Assembly (NCBI GenBank): GCA_947589535.1
Contig: CANQAS010000001.1
Location: forward strand, 12,101-76,100
DNA: 64,000 nt
Reading direction: 5' to 3'
Origin: an uncultured Bacilli bacterium
GTDB taxonomy: Bacteria; Bacillota_I; Bacilli_A; RF39; UBA660
Position numbers and translations under genes: made by a program. Below are positions 1-11,027 of the stretch, in pieces (positions within the stretch are counted from its first letter, which is position 1; every line of letters begins with the position of its first letter). The notes beneath the pieces were generated by a model. That model was not told the DNA's origin. It saw only the letters and a program-made list of their open reading frames with translations, and did not search any database.

Positions 1-55
1 TTAGTAATTCAACAACTTTACCTTCAAGTTCAATAACATCTTCTTTTTTAGCCAC
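1..55 (-). CDS. infA: translation initiation factor IF-1, N-terminal end only (gene runs off window start)
   Basis: The minus strand reads GTG-AKKEDVIELEGKVVELL, the conserved IF-1 N-terminus. An SD-like AGGAGGGTGA lies at 61-72. The position downstream of adk is as in the usual operon. Confidence 0.8.
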   Translation of the reverse strand, partial: MAKKEDVIELEGKVVELL

Positions 56-87
56 TATAAATCACCCTCCTGCTTATTATCTGGCAA

Positions 88-744
88 TTAGTTTTCCTCT
101 AAAACTTTAATTGCTTCATCAAACGTATCATATTTACTTTTATGAGAATTGATGGTTTTTAACACACCTTTTGATTGATAATAATCAAATAAAGGCATAG
201 TTTTTTCCATATATTCATCATAACGTTTAACAAATGTTTCTTCTTGATCATCTGCTCTTTGGACTAATTCAGTTCCACAGTCATCGCAAATCCATTCAAC
301 TTTTGGTTTCATTTCACTAGAAACCTTATTATATATTCTCTTACATTTTGGACAAGTAATTCTAGATATAGATCTTTGAAGTGCTGCTTCTTTATCAATT
401 TTAATATATATTACAACCCCAAGATCTCTACCCATACTTTCTAATAGTTCATCATACTTTTCTGCTTGAACTTTAGTTCTTGGAAATCCATCTAATATAT
501 AACCATTTTCACAATCAGGTTTAGTTATACGATTAGCGATTAATTTTAATATTATATCATCAGTTACTAATTTTCCTGACTTCATTATGCCTTCAACTTC
601 TTTACCTAATTCTGTCCCGGCATTTATTTCTTCTCTTAATAAATCACCTGTTGAAATGTGACCATATCCATACTTACTAACAAGCATTTCAGATAAAGTA
701 CCTTTACCTCCATTAGGAGGTGCTAAAAATATAATATTTTTCAT
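88..744 (-). CDS. adk: adenylate kinase
   Basis: 218 aa with a P-loop (PPNGGKGT) and a zinc-knuckle LID (CPKC...CDDC). It directly follows secY with a 1-nt overlap. Confidence 0.95.
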   Translation of the reverse strand: MKNIIFLAPPNGGKGTLSEMLVSKYGYGHISTGDLLREEINAGTELGKEVEGIMKSGKLVTDDIILKLIANRITKPDCENGYILDGFPRTKVQAEKYDELLESMGRDLGVVIYIKIDKEAALQRSISRITCPKCKRIYNKVSSEMKPKVEWICDDCGTELVQRADDQEETFVKRYDEYMEKTMPLFDYYQSKGVLKTINSHKSKYDTFDEAIKVLEEN

Positions 745-2015
745 TATTTTCTATAATCCCTTTCATACTTTCTAGCTGATAAGCTACTTTCAATTTGGTT
801 ATAAGTTTCAAGTGCTACACCAACTACTATTAATAAACCTGTTCCTCCAACTGTTACTGAAGTAGGTAAACTACTTAAGTTTGAAACTAATATTGGAAGT
901 CCAGCTATGATAACCAAGAATATTGCTCCCAAGAATGTTGTTCTTGATAATACCTTGCTAATATAATTTTTAGTTTCATTACCAGGCCTTACACCAGGTA
1001 TATATCCACCTTGCTTATTTATATTTTCAGCAACTTCTTTAGGCTTTAATCCAGATGCCATGAACGTATATAAATAAGTAAATAATATAATAAGTAATAT
1101 ATATAATATAAAACCTGTTACCGTATTATAGTTAATATAACTATTTACGAATAATGAGAACGAATCTTTTTTTAAGAATGTTGCAATAAGTGATGGTATA
1201 GATACCAAACTTGATGCAAATATAACTGGCATAACTCCTGCAGAATTTAATCTAAATGGAATATATGTTTGTTTTGCTCCGTACGCTGTTGAAGTTCTAT
1301 TCGAATATTGAATAGGTACTCTTCTCTCAGATTTTTCAATAAATACAACTCCCACTACTATTGCTATATACACAAGTAAGAATAATATAAACTTAGTAAC
1401 GCCTAGTGCTACTTCTTGAGTAGTACCAGATACTACAAATGAACTAAACGCATCAACCATCATGCTTGGTGTACTAATTAATATACCAGCCATAATCAAG
1501 ATTGATACACCGTTTCCAACACCTTTTCTAGTTATTTGATCTCCTAACCATAACAAGAAACATGTTCCAGCTGTTAAAATTAAAGTTACTCTTAGATATT
1601 CCATCGACGTTGCTGTATCACCTAAAAATGAGAATGACATAACAAGTCCTTGAAGGAATGCTAATGCAATACCTAAATACCTAGTAATTTTATTTAATTT
1701 AGTTCTACCGGAATAACCTTCTTTTGAAAGATTAGAGAAATATGGAATTATATCCATTTGTAATAACTGAACGATTATTGAAGCACTAATGTATGGTGTA
1801 ACTCCTAATGCGAAGATTGAGAAGTTTTTTAAAGACCCACCACCCATTACGTTAAGTAGTTCCAAAAATCCTAAATCTTGTGTGATATTTTCAGTACCAG
1901 GAACGCGAACTGCTGTTCCTAATTTATAGATAAATAATATAAGCAGTGTGAATAGAATTTTATTTTTAATATCCTTGTTTCTGGCTGAAAAGATTTGTTT
2001 AATGGTTTTAAACAT
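744..2015 (-). CDS. secY: preprotein translocase subunit SecY
   Basis: 423-aa polytopic protein with typical SecY sequence (GGGSLKNFSIFALGVTPYISASII), in the operon position after rplO. Confidence 0.97.
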   Translation of the reverse strand: MFKTIKQIFSARNKDIKNKILFTLLILFIYKLGTAVRVPGTENITQDLGFLELLNVMGGGSLKNFSIFALGVTPYISASIIVQLLQMDIIPYFSNLSKEGYSGRTKLNKITRYLGIALAFLQGLVMSFSFLGDTATSMEYLRVTLILTAGTCFLLWLGDQITRKGVGNGVSILIMAGILISTPSMMVDAFSSFVVSGTTQEVALGVTKFILFLLVYIAIVVGVVFIEKSERRVPIQYSNRTSTAYGAKQTYIPFRLNSAGVMPVIFASSLVSIPSLIATFLKKDSFSLFVNSYINYNTVTGFILYILLIILFTYLYTFMASGLKPKEVAENINKQGGYIPGVRPGNETKNYISKVLSRTTFLGAIFLVIIAGLPILVSNLSSLPTSVTVGGTGLLIVVGVALETYNQIESSLSARKYERDYRK

Positions 2016-2016
2016 C

Positions 2017-2460
2017 TTAAATCACCTCAGCTTTTCCACCCTTAGCTTCTATTTTTTCTTTTGCTATATCAGAGAACTTATGAGCTCTAACAATTAATTT
2101 CTTTTCTAACTCTCCATTACCAAGTACTTTTATACCAGATAATTGTTTTTTTATTATTCCCATTTCGAATAATAATTCTGGAGTTACTTCTGTACCTTCT
2201 TCAAATCTATTTAAATCTGATACATTAATAACTGCATATACCTTTTTAAACATTGCATTTGAAAATCCACGTTTTGGAAGTCTTCTGTATAGAGGTAGTT
2301 GTCCACCTTCAAATCCAACTCTTACTCCTCCACCTGATCTTGACTTTTGTCCGTTTTCTCCTCTACCACTTGTTTTTCCAGTACCGCTACTAGAACCACG
2401 ACCTAATCTTTTAATATCCTTTTTAGAACCTTCGTTATATTTTAATTCATTTAACTTCAT
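2017..2460 (-). CDS. rplO: 50S ribosomal protein L15
   Basis: Gly/Arg-rich N-terminus ([22 protein letters not shown]) and spc-operon order. Its ATG overlaps the rpsE stop (TAATG). Confidence 0.97.
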   Translation of the reverse strand: MKLNELKYNEGSKKDIKRLGRGSSSGTGKTSGRGENGQKSRSGGGVRVGFEGGQLPLYRRLPKRGFSNAMFKKVYAVINVSDLNRFEEGTEVTPELLFEMGIIKKQLSGIKVLGNGELEKKLIVRAHKFSDIAKEKIEAKGGKAEVI

Positions 2461-2969
2461 TATCCTAAAATCTCCTCTACAGATTTTCCTCTTAATTCAG
2501 CAATATGTTCAACTGACTTTTGTGATTTTAGAGCTTCTATAGTTGCTCTTGCGGTATTTAATTTTGTGTTAGATCCAAGTGATTTTGAAATTATATCTTT
2601 TACTCCAGCTAGTTCTAGAACCATACGAACTGAACCACCGGCGATGATACCAGTACCAGCTTTTGCAGGTTTAATCAAAACCTTTGCAGCACCTGCTGTT
2701 CCGATAGCATCGTGAGAAACCGTTCTGTTTTCAACTAAATCAATTTTAATTATTCTGTTAGTTGCATCTTGAACAGCTTTTTTGATTGCATCTTGAACTT
2801 CGTTTGCTTTACCAGTTCCAAGGCCAACCTTACCTTTACCATCTCCAACTGCTACTGTTGCAGCAAAACGAAGACGACGTCCACCTTTGGTAACTTTAGT
2901 AACACGATTTACAGAAATAACAGTTTCGTTATATTCTTTTTCACGTGGTTTTCTTTCTCTTTTTTCCAT
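2460..2969 (-). CDS. rpsE: 30S ribosomal protein S5
   Basis: [24 protein letters not shown] motif and operon order. Confidence 0.97.
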   Translation of the reverse strand: MEKRERKPREKEYNETVISVNRVTKVTKGGRRLRFAATVAVGDGKGKVGLGTGKANEVQDAIKKAVQDATNRIIKIDLVENRTVSHDAIGTAGAAKVLIKPAKAGTGIIAGGSVRMVLELAGVKDIISKSLGSNTKLNTARATIEALKSQKSVEHIAELRGKSVEEILG

Positions 2970-2982
2970 CGTTACCCTCCTT

Positions 2983-3345
2983 TTAGAATTCTAATCCATT
3001 TTCACGTGCAGCATCAGCTAATGCTTGAACGCGTCCATGATATAAGTATCCGCCTCTATCGAATACTACTTTAGTAATTTTTGCTTTCTTTGCTTTCTTT
3101 GCAATTGCAGCTCCTACAAGCTTACTTGCTTCTACGTTACCACCGTTTTTAATATTTAAATCTTTATCTAATGAAGATGCACTTACTAATGTTACACCTT
3201 TTACATCGTCAATTATTTGAACGCTAATATTTTTTAAAGATCTATATACGCACATTCTTGGTAACTCACTAGTTCCGCTAACTTTATTTCTTATTCTAGC
3301 GTGTCTAGCCATACGAGCTTCATTACGTGATGTTTTTTTTATCAT
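2983..3345 (-). CDS. rplR: 50S ribosomal protein L18
   Basis: [12 protein letters not shown]...RMCVYRS pattern and operon order. Confidence 0.97.
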   Translation of the reverse strand: MIKKTSRNEARMARHARIRNKVSGTSELPRMCVYRSLKNISVQIIDDVKGVTLVSASSLDKDLNIKNGGNVEASKLVGAAIAKKAKKAKITKVVFDRGGYLYHGRVQALADAARENGLEF

Positions 3346-3366
3346 TGTAATAATCTCCCTTTCCTA

Positions 3367-3906
3367 TTATTTAGAAGCTTTCTTACCTTCTTTACGGCGA
3401 ACATATTCACCTTTGTAACGAATACCTTTACCTTTATATGGTTCTGGTTTTCTAACTTCTCTTATTTCTGCAGCAAACTTTCCTACTGCTTCTTTATCAA
3501 TACCTTTAACTACTATTTCAGTAGTACTAACCGCTTCGACAGTAAGTCCTTCTGGTACTGTTAATTCTACTTTATGTGAATAACCGGCATTAACTTCTAA
3601 TATTTTTCCTTTTGGGTTAAATCTATAACCAACACCAATTATTTCAAGTCCTTTTTCATAACCTTCTGATACACCAATTATCATGTTTTTTATTAATGCA
3701 TTAGTTGTACCATGCATTTGTTTCGTTTTTTTAATGTCACTATTTCTTGTAACCTTAACAATGTTTTCTTCAATCTTAACATCAATATTTGCATTTAATG
3801 TTAATGATAATTCACCTTTAGGCCCTTTTACAGTGACAATACCGTTTTCATTTGTAACAGTAACACCAGATGGTACTTTTAACTCTCTGTTTCCTATACG
3901 ACTCAT
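3367..3906 (-). CDS. rplF: 50S ribosomal protein L6
   Basis: MSRIGNRELKVPSGVTV N-terminus and operon order. Confidence 0.97.
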   Translation of the reverse strand: MSRIGNRELKVPSGVTVTNENGIVTVKGPKGELSLTLNANIDVKIEENIVKVTRNSDIKKTKQMHGTTNALIKNMIIGVSEGYEKGLEIIGVGYRFNPKGKILEVNAGYSHKVELTVPEGLTVEAVSTTEIVVKGIDKEAVGKFAAEIREVRKPEPYKGKGIRYKGEYVRRKEGKKASK

Positions 3907-3924
3907 CTTTAGTCCCTCCTTGAA

Positions 3925-4323
3925 TTACCATATGTATGCTAAAACTTCTCCACCAAGGTTTTCTTTCTTAGCTTCTTTACCAGTCATAATACCTTTTGAT
4001 GTTGAAATGATAGATATTCCAAGACCATTTAATACAGTAGGAATTTCTTCTGCTTTAGCATATACACGTAAGCCTGGTTTTGAAATTCTCTTTAAACCAG
4101 AAATTACTCTTTCTTTGTTTTTTCCGTACTTTAAAGTGATAATTATATTATCTTGTACTTCAACTTTTTCTGTCTTGTAATCAGTTATATAACCTTCATC
4201 CTTTAAAATTTTAACGATTTCCATCTTAACTTTTGATGAAGGCACTACAACTTCATTGTAACGCATTTGATTAGCATTACGCATACGCGTAAGTAAATCT
4301 GCGATTGGATCTGTTACTGACAT
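3925..4323 (-). CDS. rpsH: 30S ribosomal protein S8
   Basis: [13 protein letters not shown] motif and operon order. Confidence 0.97.
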   Translation of the reverse strand: MSVTDPIADLLTRMRNANQMRYNEVVVPSSKVKMEIVKILKDEGYITDYKTEKVEVQDNIIITLKYGKNKERVISGLKRISKPGLRVYAKAEEIPTVLNGLGISIISTSKGIMTGKEAKKENLGGEVLAYIW

Positions 4324-4350
4324 ATAAATCCTCCTTCTCGTATCTTTATT

Positions 4351-4536
4351 CTACCAACTCGATTTTCTAACACCAGGTATTTCACCTTTATATGCTAGTT
4401 CTCTAAAGCAAATACGGCAGATACCAAATTTTTTCATTACTGAATGTGGACGACCGCATCTGTTGCAACGAGTATATTCTTGTACTTTATATTTTTTTGG
4501 TCTTTTGTTTTTTACGACCATACTTTTCTTTGCCAT
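4351..4536 (-). CDS. rpsZ: 30S ribosomal protein S14, zinc-binding type Z (61 aa)
   Basis: Short form with CNRCGRP...CRICFRE cysteine pairs, located between rplE and rpsH. Confidence 0.95.
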   Translation of the reverse strand: MAKKSMVVKNKRPKKYKVQEYTRCNRCGRPHSVMKKFGICRICFRELAYKGEIPGVRKSSW

Positions 4537-4554
4537 TTATTTCCTCCCATTTGC

Positions 4555-5094
4555 TTACTTTTTAAAAGGTAAATTAAAACCTTTTAATAAGTCTAATGCT
4601 TCTTCGTTAGTTTTTGCAGTTGTAACAAAAACAATGTCCATTCCACGTACTTTTACAACTTCGTCATAAACGATTTCTGGGAATATAGTTTGTTCTTTAA
4701 TTCCTAGAGTATAGTTTCCTCTACCATCAAATGCTTTGTTTGATATACCTCTAAAATCACGTACACGTGGTAACACAATCTTAACTAACTTTTCAAGGAA
4801 AGTATACATAACTTCTCCACGAAGTGTAACCTTACATCCAATTGCTTGACCTTCTCTTAATTTGAAACCAGCGATTGAGTGTTTTGCTCGTGTAATAACT
4901 GGTTGTTGACCTGTTATTTTTTCTAAATCAGATACTGCTGCATCCAATAATTTACTATTAGTTGTAGCATCCCCAACTCCCATATTAACTACGATCTTTT
5001 CTAACTTTGGTACAGCCATGACAGTAGTATAATTGTATTTTTTTGTTAATTCAGGAATTATTTCCTTAGTATATTGTTCTTTTAAACTGTTCAT
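4555..5094 (-). CDS. rplE: 50S ribosomal protein L5
   Basis: [20 protein letters not shown]-terminus and operon order. Confidence 0.97.
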   Translation of the reverse strand: MNSLKEQYTKEIIPELTKKYNYTTVMAVPKLEKIVVNMGVGDATTNSKLLDAAVSDLEKITGQQPVITRAKHSIAGFKLREGQAIGCKVTLRGEVMYTFLEKLVKIVLPRVRDFRGISNKAFDGRGNYTLGIKEQTIFPEIVYDEVVKVRGMDIVFVTTAKTNEEALDLLKGFNLPFKK

Positions 5095-5107
5095 AGTTAC
5101 CTCCTTA

Positions 5108-5410
5108 TTAATCTAAGCTAGATCCTGACTTGATAGAAATTCTAACTTTTTTACCGTCTTTGTCTTGCTTTTTTGCTATTCTGGTAGGTTTTTTAGTTTT
5201 AGGATCAATAATCATAACGTTTGATACGTGAATAGCTGCTTCCTTATCTATAATTCCACCTTGATCTTGTCCGTTTGGCTTAACATGTTTTTTAACCATA
5301 TTAATACCTTCAACAAAAACCTTTTCACCTTTCTTAGCGATGATTTTTCCTTCTTTACCTTTGTCCTTACCAGCAATAACAATTACTTTATCTCCAACTT
5401 TTAAATTCAT
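5108..5410 (-). CDS. rplX: 50S ribosomal protein L24
   Basis: KOW motif [18 protein letters not shown] and operon order. Confidence 0.97.
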   Translation of the reverse strand: MNLKVGDKVIVIAGKDKGKEGKIIAKKGEKVFVEGINMVKKHVKPNGQDQGGIIDKEAAIHVSNVMIIDPKTKKPTRIAKKQDKDGKKVRISIKSGSSLD

Positions 5411-5432
5411 GTTTTTTCCTCCTTACAAGGCC

Positions 5433-5801
5433 TTATAACACTTCTTTTGCTAGCGATACAATTTTCATGAAATCTTTATCACGTAATTCGCGTGCTACTG
5501 GACCTAAAACTCTTGTTCCAACTGGTGTCTTATCTTCTTTAATAATAACGCAAGCATTATCATCAAACTTGATATAAGAACCATCATCTCTACGCATTCC
5601 AAACTTACTTCTAACGATAACCGCTTTTACGACTTTACCGCTTGATATATTACCATTTGGAGTTGCTTTTTTAACTGTTCCAACTACGATATCACCGATG
5701 TTTCCGGTTTTTCTTTTACTACCACCAAGAACTCTAATAACCATTAGTTCACGAGCACCAGAATTATCAGCAACTTTTAAACGACTTTGTTGTTGAATCA
5801 T
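5433..5801 (-). CDS. rplN: 50S ribosomal protein L14
   Basis: [19 protein letters not shown]-terminus. Confidence 0.98.
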   Translation of the reverse strand: MIQQQSRLKVADNSGARELMVIRVLGGSKRKTGNIGDIVVGTVKKATPNGNISSGKVVKAVIVRSKFGMRRDDGSYIKFDDNACVIIKEDKTPVGTRVLGPVARELRDKDFMKIVSLAKEVL

Positions 5802-5832
5802 AAGTGTTTCCTCCTTCTTATTTGTAAAGTGC

Positions 5833-6090
5833 CTATAAAATTACGGCTTCTTCAACTATTTCTACTAAATTAAATCTCTTAGTTTTTGATAATGGTTTAG
5901 TTTCTACAACCCTAACTATATCTCCAACTTTAGCTTGGTTATTTTCATCGTGTGCTGTATATTTCTTAGAATATTTAACACGTTTACCATATTTAGGATC
6001 TTTTTTGTAAGTTTCTACTAAAATTGTTATTGTTTTATTGTTTTTTGAGCTTACAACCTTACCTAGTATTTCATGTCTTTTATTTTCCAT
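5833..6090 (-). CDS. rpsQ: 30S ribosomal protein S17
   Basis: 85 aa with [18 protein letters not shown], and operon order. Confidence 0.96.
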   Translation of the reverse strand: MENKRHEILGKVVSSKNNKTITILVETYKKDPKYGKRVKYSKKYTAHDENNQAKVGDIVRVVETKPLSKTKRFNLVEIVEEAVIL

Positions 6091-6101
6091 AGTAAACCTC
6101 C

Positions 6102-6293
6102 CTAAGCTTCCTTACGTTCAGCTAGAATAGTTTTCATTCTAGCAACATCTTTTCTTAATTCATGTATTCTTGAAGGTTTTTCTAAATTTCCGGTAGCTTG
6201 TTGCATTCTAAGCTTGAATATTTCATCTTTAGCTTCAATTATTTTAGCATTTATTTGTTCTGTGGTAAGTTCTCTTATTTCCTTAACCTTCAT
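6102..6293 (-). CDS. rpmC: 50S ribosomal protein L29
   Basis: [14 protein letters not shown] moved the start to the internal ATG at 6293, which has a GGTGGTGA SD inside the rplP 3' end. The ORF-track start at 6308 is probably too long. Confidence 0.93.
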   Translation of the reverse strand: MKVKEIRELTTEQINAKIIEAKDEIFKLRMQQATGNLEKPSRIHELRKDVARMKTILAERKEA

Positions 6294-6714
6294 TTTGTTC
6301 ACCACCATTTTCTTTAGTTACAAATTTACATTTGATTGGTAACTTGTGCATAGCTAGTCTTAATGCTTCACGAGCTACTTCTTCAGTTACTCCTGAAACC
6401 TCAAACATAATTTTTCCTTCTTTTACTACTGCAACCCAGCTTTCAGGATTACCTTTACCTTTACCTTGACGAGTTTCTAAAGGTTTTTTAGTTAATGAAA
6501 GGTGTGGAAATATATTGATATATACTTTACCACCACGTTTCATGTAACGTGTCATAGCAATACGAGCGGCTTCGATTTGACGAGCAGTAATCCAAGCACC
6601 TTCCTTTGCCATTAAACCATATTCACCAAAATGTAATTCAATGTTGCCTTTTGCTTTACCTTCATGATAAATTCTGTGAGGTTTACGATATTTAGTTCTT
6701 TTTGGCATTAACAT
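6283..6714 (-). CDS. rplP: 50S ribosomal protein L16
   Basis: [15 protein letters not shown]-terminus. The start is trimmed from 6756 to 6714 and overlaps the rpsC 3' end, as is usual. Confidence 0.95.
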   Translation of the reverse strand: MLMPKRTKYRKPHRIYHEGKAKGNIELHFGEYGLMAKEGAWITARQIEAARIAMTRYMKRGGKVYINIFPHLSLTKKPLETRQGKGKGNPESWVAVVKEGKIMFEVSGVTEEVAREALRLAMHKLPIKCKFVTKENGGEQNEG

Positions 6715-7369
6715 CGCGAGCACCTCCATTTTTCTTCTTTGAAGGAAGTATTTCACCTTTATAAATCCATACTTTTACACCGATCTTACCATAAGTAGTA
6801 TCAGCTTCTGCTGTAGCGTAATCAATATCAGCTCTTAAAGTATGTAATGGAGTAGTTCCTTCATTATAACCTTCGCTACGAGCAATTTCAGCTCCATTTA
6901 AACGGCCTGAACATAAAGTCTTAATTCCTTTAGCTCCAGCTCTCATTGTATTTCTAATAGCTCTTTTTTGAGCCATACGATATGAACCTCTGTTTTCAAT
7001 TTGACTAGCAATATTGTTAGCAACTAACTGAGCATCCAAATCTGCGTTCTTAACTTCCATAATAGAAATTTGAACTTCTTCACCAACTAATTTGTTAAGT
7101 TGTTTCTTTAATTTTTCGATTTCTTCTCCACCGTGTCCAATAACAACGCCTGGCTTAGCAGTACTAATTTTGATTTCTAATTTCTTATTAGTTCTTTCAA
7201 TAGTTACGTTTGATACTGCTGCATTCTTTAACTTCTTTGCTAAGAAGTTACGGATTTTCATGTCATTTTCTAATGTTGCAGAGAAATCTTTACTTGGTGC
7301 ATACCATTTAGCAGACCAATCTTTGTTTATACCAAGTCTTAAGCCTGCAGGATTAACTTTTTGACCCAT
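6692..7369 (-). CDS. rpsC: 30S ribosomal protein S3
   Basis: [14 protein letters not shown]-terminus plus a KH domain. Confidence 0.97.
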   Translation of the reverse strand: MGQKVNPAGLRLGINKDWSAKWYAPSKDFSATLENDMKIRNFLAKKLKNAAVSNVTIERTNKKLEIKISTAKPGVVIGHGGEEIEKLKKQLNKLVGEEVQISIMEVKNADLDAQLVANNIASQIENRGSYRMAQKRAIRNTMRAGAKGIKTLCSGRLNGAEIARSEGYNEGTTPLHTLRADIDYATAEADTTYGKIGVKVWIYKGEILPSKKKNGGARDVNAKKN

Positions 7370-7387
7370 TAGTTTTTCCTCCTTATA

Positions 7388-7720
7388 TTATCTTTCTGCT
7401 ACAACCACTGTAACATGACTTGTACGGTGATCGTTCTTAGCAATTCTTCCTCTTGAATCAGGTACAGATCTTTTAAGTACTGGACCATCATTTACATAAG
7501 CTTCTTTTACATATAACTTAGTTTTATCAAGATTATGATTATTTTCAGCATTAGCTACTGCTGATGTTAAAACTTTTTTAATAACGCGAGCGGCTTTGTT
7601 ATTCAAGTTATTTAGAATATTCATAGCTTCACTTACGTTTTTTCCGTTTATTAACCTCATAACTAAACGAGATTTTAAAGCGGAAATACGAACTGTCTTC
7701 GCAATTGCTTTCGCTTCCAT
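7388..7720 (-). CDS. rplV: 50S ribosomal protein L22
   Basis: 110 aa beginning MEAKAIAKTVRISALKSRLV, and operon order. Confidence 0.96.
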   Translation of the reverse strand: MEAKAIAKTVRISALKSRLVMRLINGKNVSEAMNILNNLNNKAARVIKKVLTSAVANAENNHNLDKTKLYVKEAYVNDGPVLKRSVPDSRGRIAKNDHRTSHVTVVVAER

Positions 7721-7739
7721 ATTTTTATCTCCCTTCTAG

Positions 7740-8012
7740 TTATTTCTTTTCCTTATTCTCGCCGTGTCCACCACATTTACGTGTTTGTGAAAATTCACCA
7801 AGTTTATGTCCAACCATATCTTCAGTTATATAAACTGGAATAAAATCTTTACCATTGTGAACCGCAAAAGTATGACCAATAAAATCTGGGAATATTGTTG
7901 AACGGCGTGACCATGTTTTAATTACTTCTTTTTTACCTTCTTCGTTTAATTTTTGAACCTTTTTAAGTAATCTAGGGAATACATAAGGCCCTTTTTTTAT
8001 ACTTCTTGCCAT
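7740..8012 (-). CDS. rpsS: 30S ribosomal protein S19
   Basis: [12 protein letters not shown]-terminus. Confidence 0.97.
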   Translation of the reverse strand: MARSIKKGPYVFPRLLKKVQKLNEEGKKEVIKTWSRRSTIFPDFIGHTFAVHNGKDFIPVYITEDMVGHKLGEFSQTRKCGGHGENKEKK

Positions 8013-8031
8013 TTACATTTCTTCCTTTCTA

Positions 8032-8859
8032 TTATTTTTTACGGCTTACGATTAACTTAGTAGAAGCCTTTTTATTTTTACGAGTCTTCATACCAAGAGC
8101 TGGTTTACCCCAAGGTGTCATAGGTTGTTTACGTCCAATTGGAGCTCTACCTTCACCACCACCATGTGGGTGATCGTTAGGGTTCATAACAGAACCACGT
8201 ACTGTTGGTCTAATACCCATATGACGAGTACGTCCCGCTTTACCTAAGTTAACTAATGAATAATCTTCATTACCAACTTCACCTATTGTAGCCATACAAG
8301 TTCCAAGAATCTTTCTTGTTTCTCCACTTTTTAATCTTACTAATACATATTTTTCTTCGCGTCCAAGAATTTGAGCACTTTGTCCAGCACTACGTGCTAT
8401 TTGAGCACCCTTTCCTGGTCTTAATTCAATGTTATGAATTACAGTACCTACTGGTATATTCATAATTGGCATTGCATTACCAACTTTAACATCTACGTTT
8501 TCTCCGCTAACAATTATGTCTCCAACTTTAATTCCTTTAGGAGCTATAATATATTTCTTTTCGCCATCTTTATAATTGATTAATGCGATGTTAGCATTTC
8601 TGTTTGGATCGTACTCAATAGCTACAACCTTACCAGTGATATCAAATTTATTTCTTTTAAAATCAATTACACGGTATTTTCTTTGTGCGCCACCACCACG
8701 ATGTCTAACAGTTATACGTCCTACATTGTTGTGTCCGTTTTTCTTTTTCTTCTTACCAACTAAGCTTTTTTCAGGAGTCGATTTAGTTATTTCACTATTA
8801 ACCAAAACACTCATTTGCCTTCTAGAAGGTGTAGTTGGTTTCATTTTTTTAACTGGCAT
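8032..8859 (-). CDS. rplB: 50S ribosomal protein L2
   Basis: [18 protein letters not shown] and HPHGGGEGR motifs. Confidence 0.98.
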   Translation of the reverse strand: MPVKKMKPTTPSRRQMSVLVNSEITKSTPEKSLVGKKKKKNGHNNVGRITVRHRGGGAQRKYRVIDFKRNKFDITGKVVAIEYDPNRNANIALINYKDGEKKYIIAPKGIKVGDIIVSGENVDVKVGNAMPIMNIPVGTVIHNIELRPGKGAQIARSAGQSAQILGREEKYVLVRLKSGETRKILGTCMATIGEVGNEDYSLVNLGKAGRTRHMGIRPTVRGSVMNPNDHPHGGGEGRAPIGRKQPMTPWGKPALGMKTRKNKKASTKLIVSRKK

Positions 8860-8876
8860 TTAATTCATCCTCCTTA

Positions 8877-9149
8877 TTAGCTTAAATCTAGGGTGCTACC
8901 TTCTGCTAAAGTTATAATTGCTTTTTTATAAGCTTTAGTAGTACCAGCATAGCGTCCTACTCTTTTTTTCTTAGGTCTTACATTTATAGTATTAACATCT
9001 TTTACCTTAACACCAAATGCTTCTTCAACCGCTTGTCTTATTTGTACTTTATTTGCATCTTTTGCAACTTTAAATACTACTTTCTTACCATCAGCTTGTA
9101 TACCAGCTGATTTTTCAGTAATTATTGGTGCTATTATTATATCTTTCAT
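8877..9149 (-). CDS. rplW: 50S ribosomal protein L23
   Basis: 90 aa with DIIIAPIITEKS, and operon order. Confidence 0.96.
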   Translation of the reverse strand: MKDIIIAPIITEKSAGIQADGKKVVFKVAKDANKVQIRQAVEEAFGVKVKDVNTINVRPKKKRVGRYAGTTKAYKKAIITLAEGSTLDLS

Positions 9150-9775
9150 TATTTAAGCACCTCCTCAACGTATTTTACAGCATCTTCTGTAATAATCATT
9201 TTATCTGCATATAAAACGTCGTATGTATTAATTTCATTTGCTAAAACTAAATTAACATTAGGAATGTTTCTAGTTCCTAAAATTAAGTTTTCAGTTAATT
9301 CAGTAACAACTACTAAAACTTTTCCTTCAACTTTTAATTCCTTTAAAAGATTTAACATATCTTTTGTTTTGTTTGTTTTTGCTTCAAATTTATCAACAAC
9401 CATTATAGCTTTATCATTAGCCATGTAAGTTAAAGCTGATTTTAAAGCTAAACGACGTTCTTTTCTATTCATCTTTTTAGTATAGTTTCTATCCTTTGAT
9501 GGACCAAATACTATTCCACCACCAACAAAATGTGGTGCTCTGATAGACCCTTGACGAGCATTACCAGTACCTTTTTGTCTCCATGGCTTTCTTCCACCAC
9601 CAGCTACTTCACTACGAGTTTTAACACTGTGTGATCCTTGTCTTTTATTAGCCATGTATAAGTTTATACTTTCATATATAACTTGATCATTTGGAGTTAT
9701 ACCCCAAACGCTATCATCTAATTTAATGTCTTTAATTTTTTCACCTTTTAAATTTAAAAGTGCTGTCTTTGGCAT
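9149..9775 (-). CDS. rplD: 50S ribosomal protein L4
   Basis: GGGRKPWRQKGTGNARQGS motif. The start is trimmed to the ATG at 9775, preceded by AAAGGAGG. Confidence 0.95.
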   Translation of the reverse strand: MPKTALLNLKGEKIKDIKLDDSVWGITPNDQVIYESINLYMANKRQGSHSVKTRSEVAGGGRKPWRQKGTGNARQGSIRAPHFVGGGIVFGPSKDRNYTKKMNRKERRLALKSALTYMANDKAIMVVDKFEAKTNKTKDMLNLLKELKVEGKVLVVVTELTENLILGTRNIPNVNLVLANEINTYDVLYADKMIITEDAVKYVEEVLK

Positions 9776-9827
9776 TTTGCATCCTCCTTTCATCACAAGT
9801 ATTAATCATAATATTTTGTTATTTAAA

Positions 9828-10571
9828 TTATTCTGCAGTTTCTTCTTGTGATGTTTTTGTTTCATCTGTAGCTGTTTCTTTAGTTTCTTCTGCTACTTCA
9901 GCAGCATATGATACTAATTCAACTTTTTCTTTTTTTACAGTTGACTTTTTAACAGCTGTTTTGATGATAACTAAAGACTTTTTAGGGCCTGGAACATTAC
10001 CTTTAATTAAGATTACATTTTCCTCTGGTATAACAGCTACAACTTCTAAATTTTGCATTGTTACACTAACATGTCCCATGTGTCCAGGTAATTTTTTACC
10101 TTTAAATACACGCATTGGTCTCATTGTTCCTAGAGAACCAACACCTCTATGATATTGAGATCCGTGTCCCATTGGACCTCTAGATTGATGGTAACGTTTA
10201 ATTACGCCTTGGTATCCTTTACCCTTCGATACACCGCTTACATCAACCATTTCGCCTTCTTCAAAAACTTCTACAGTAAGTTCTTGACCAAGGACGTATT
10301 TGCTAACATCTACTCCGCGGATCTCTTTTAAGAAGCGCTTAGGAGCGGTATTAGTTTTTTTCATATGACCTTGTTCTGCTTTGTTACTTAGTTTTTCTTT
10401 TTTAGTTTCAAAGCCTAATTGAATAGCATCATATCCGTCTGTTTCTGTTGTTTTAATTTGAGTAACAACATTAGGCTCTACTTCAACTACAGTAACTGGA
10501 ATTAGCTTACCATCTTTAGCAAAAACTTGAGTCATTCCTAGTTTACGACCTAAGATTCCTTTTCTTTCCAT
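9828..10571 (-). CDS. rplC: 50S ribosomal protein L3, with an extra acidic C-terminal tail
   Basis: [14 protein letters not shown]-terminus. At 247 aa it is roughly 35-40 aa longer than the L3 proteins I remember (about 210 aa). Confidence 0.96.
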   Translation of the reverse strand: MERKGILGRKLGMTQVFAKDGKLIPVTVVEVEPNVVTQIKTTETDGYDAIQLGFETKKEKLSNKAEQGHMKKTNTAPKRFLKEIRGVDVSKYVLGQELTVEVFEEGEMVDVSGVSKGKGYQGVIKRYHQSRGPMGHGSQYHRGVGSLGTMRPMRVFKGKKLPGHMGHVSVTMQNLEVVAVIPEENVILIKGNVPGPKKSLVIIKTAVKKSTVKKEKVELVSYAAEVAEETKETATDETKTSQEETAE

Positions 10572-10587
10572 TATTTCCTCCTGTTAA

Positions 10588-10890
10588 TTATTTAATTTGA
10601 ATATCAACACCACTTGGTAAATCTAGATGTTGTAAAGCATCTATTATATCCTTTGATGGTTCAATGATATCGATTAGTCTTTTGTGAGTACGCATCTCGA
10701 ATTGTTCACGAGAATCCTTGTATTTGTGAACCGCTCTTAAAATTGTGTACTTTTGAATTTCTGTTGGTAGTGGCACAGGCCCACTTACCTTCCCATCCAA
10801 ACGTTTAACTGTTTCAACAATTTTGCTAGCAGCTAAATCCAAAGAACGATGTTCATACGCCTTCAATCTAATTCTAATCTTGTTTGACAT
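10588..10890 (-). CDS. rpsJ: 30S ribosomal protein S10
   Basis: [14 protein letters not shown] motif. It is the first gene of the S10 operon. Confidence 0.98.
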   Translation of the reverse strand: MSNKIRIRLKAYEHRSLDLAASKIVETVKRLDGKVSGPVPLPTEIQKYTILRAVHKYKDSREQFEMRTHKRLIDIIEPSKDIIDALQHLDLPSGVDIQIK

Positions 10891-11020
10891 ATAATTTGTC
10901 CTCCCTTCGCCTATATCTGGTATAGACTTGCTCCGAACGAATTAACCTGATTTTCCTTATGTTAAATTAACAACTTAACCTGGTGTATCAGCAACCTCGC
11001 ACATCATCGCAACTACACGC
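10891..11020 (-). promoter_or_regulatory. structured 5' leader of the S10 ribosomal-protein operon
   Basis: About 130 nt between the predicted promoter and the rpsJ ATG is visibly more G+C-rich than its surroundings. A 7-bp hairpin GTCTATA-ccaga-TATAGGC sits just 5' of the SD GAAGGGAGG. CAGGTTAA is repeated twice. A GTGTA...TACAC pairing encloses a GTTGC direct repeat. Confidence 0.4.
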
Positions 11021-11027
11021 AGTAACA

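Noticed and set aside
2769-10331. Plus-strand ORFs of 60-165 aa inside the ribosomal protein genes (2769-3074, 3683-4180, 4463-4669, 7092-7364, 8576-8863, 9760-10152, 10149-10331).
   Set aside because: They are antisense shadows of highly conserved minus-strand genes. Their translations are low-complexity (F/L/S/I-rich) and they have no SD sequences. I treat them as non-coding.
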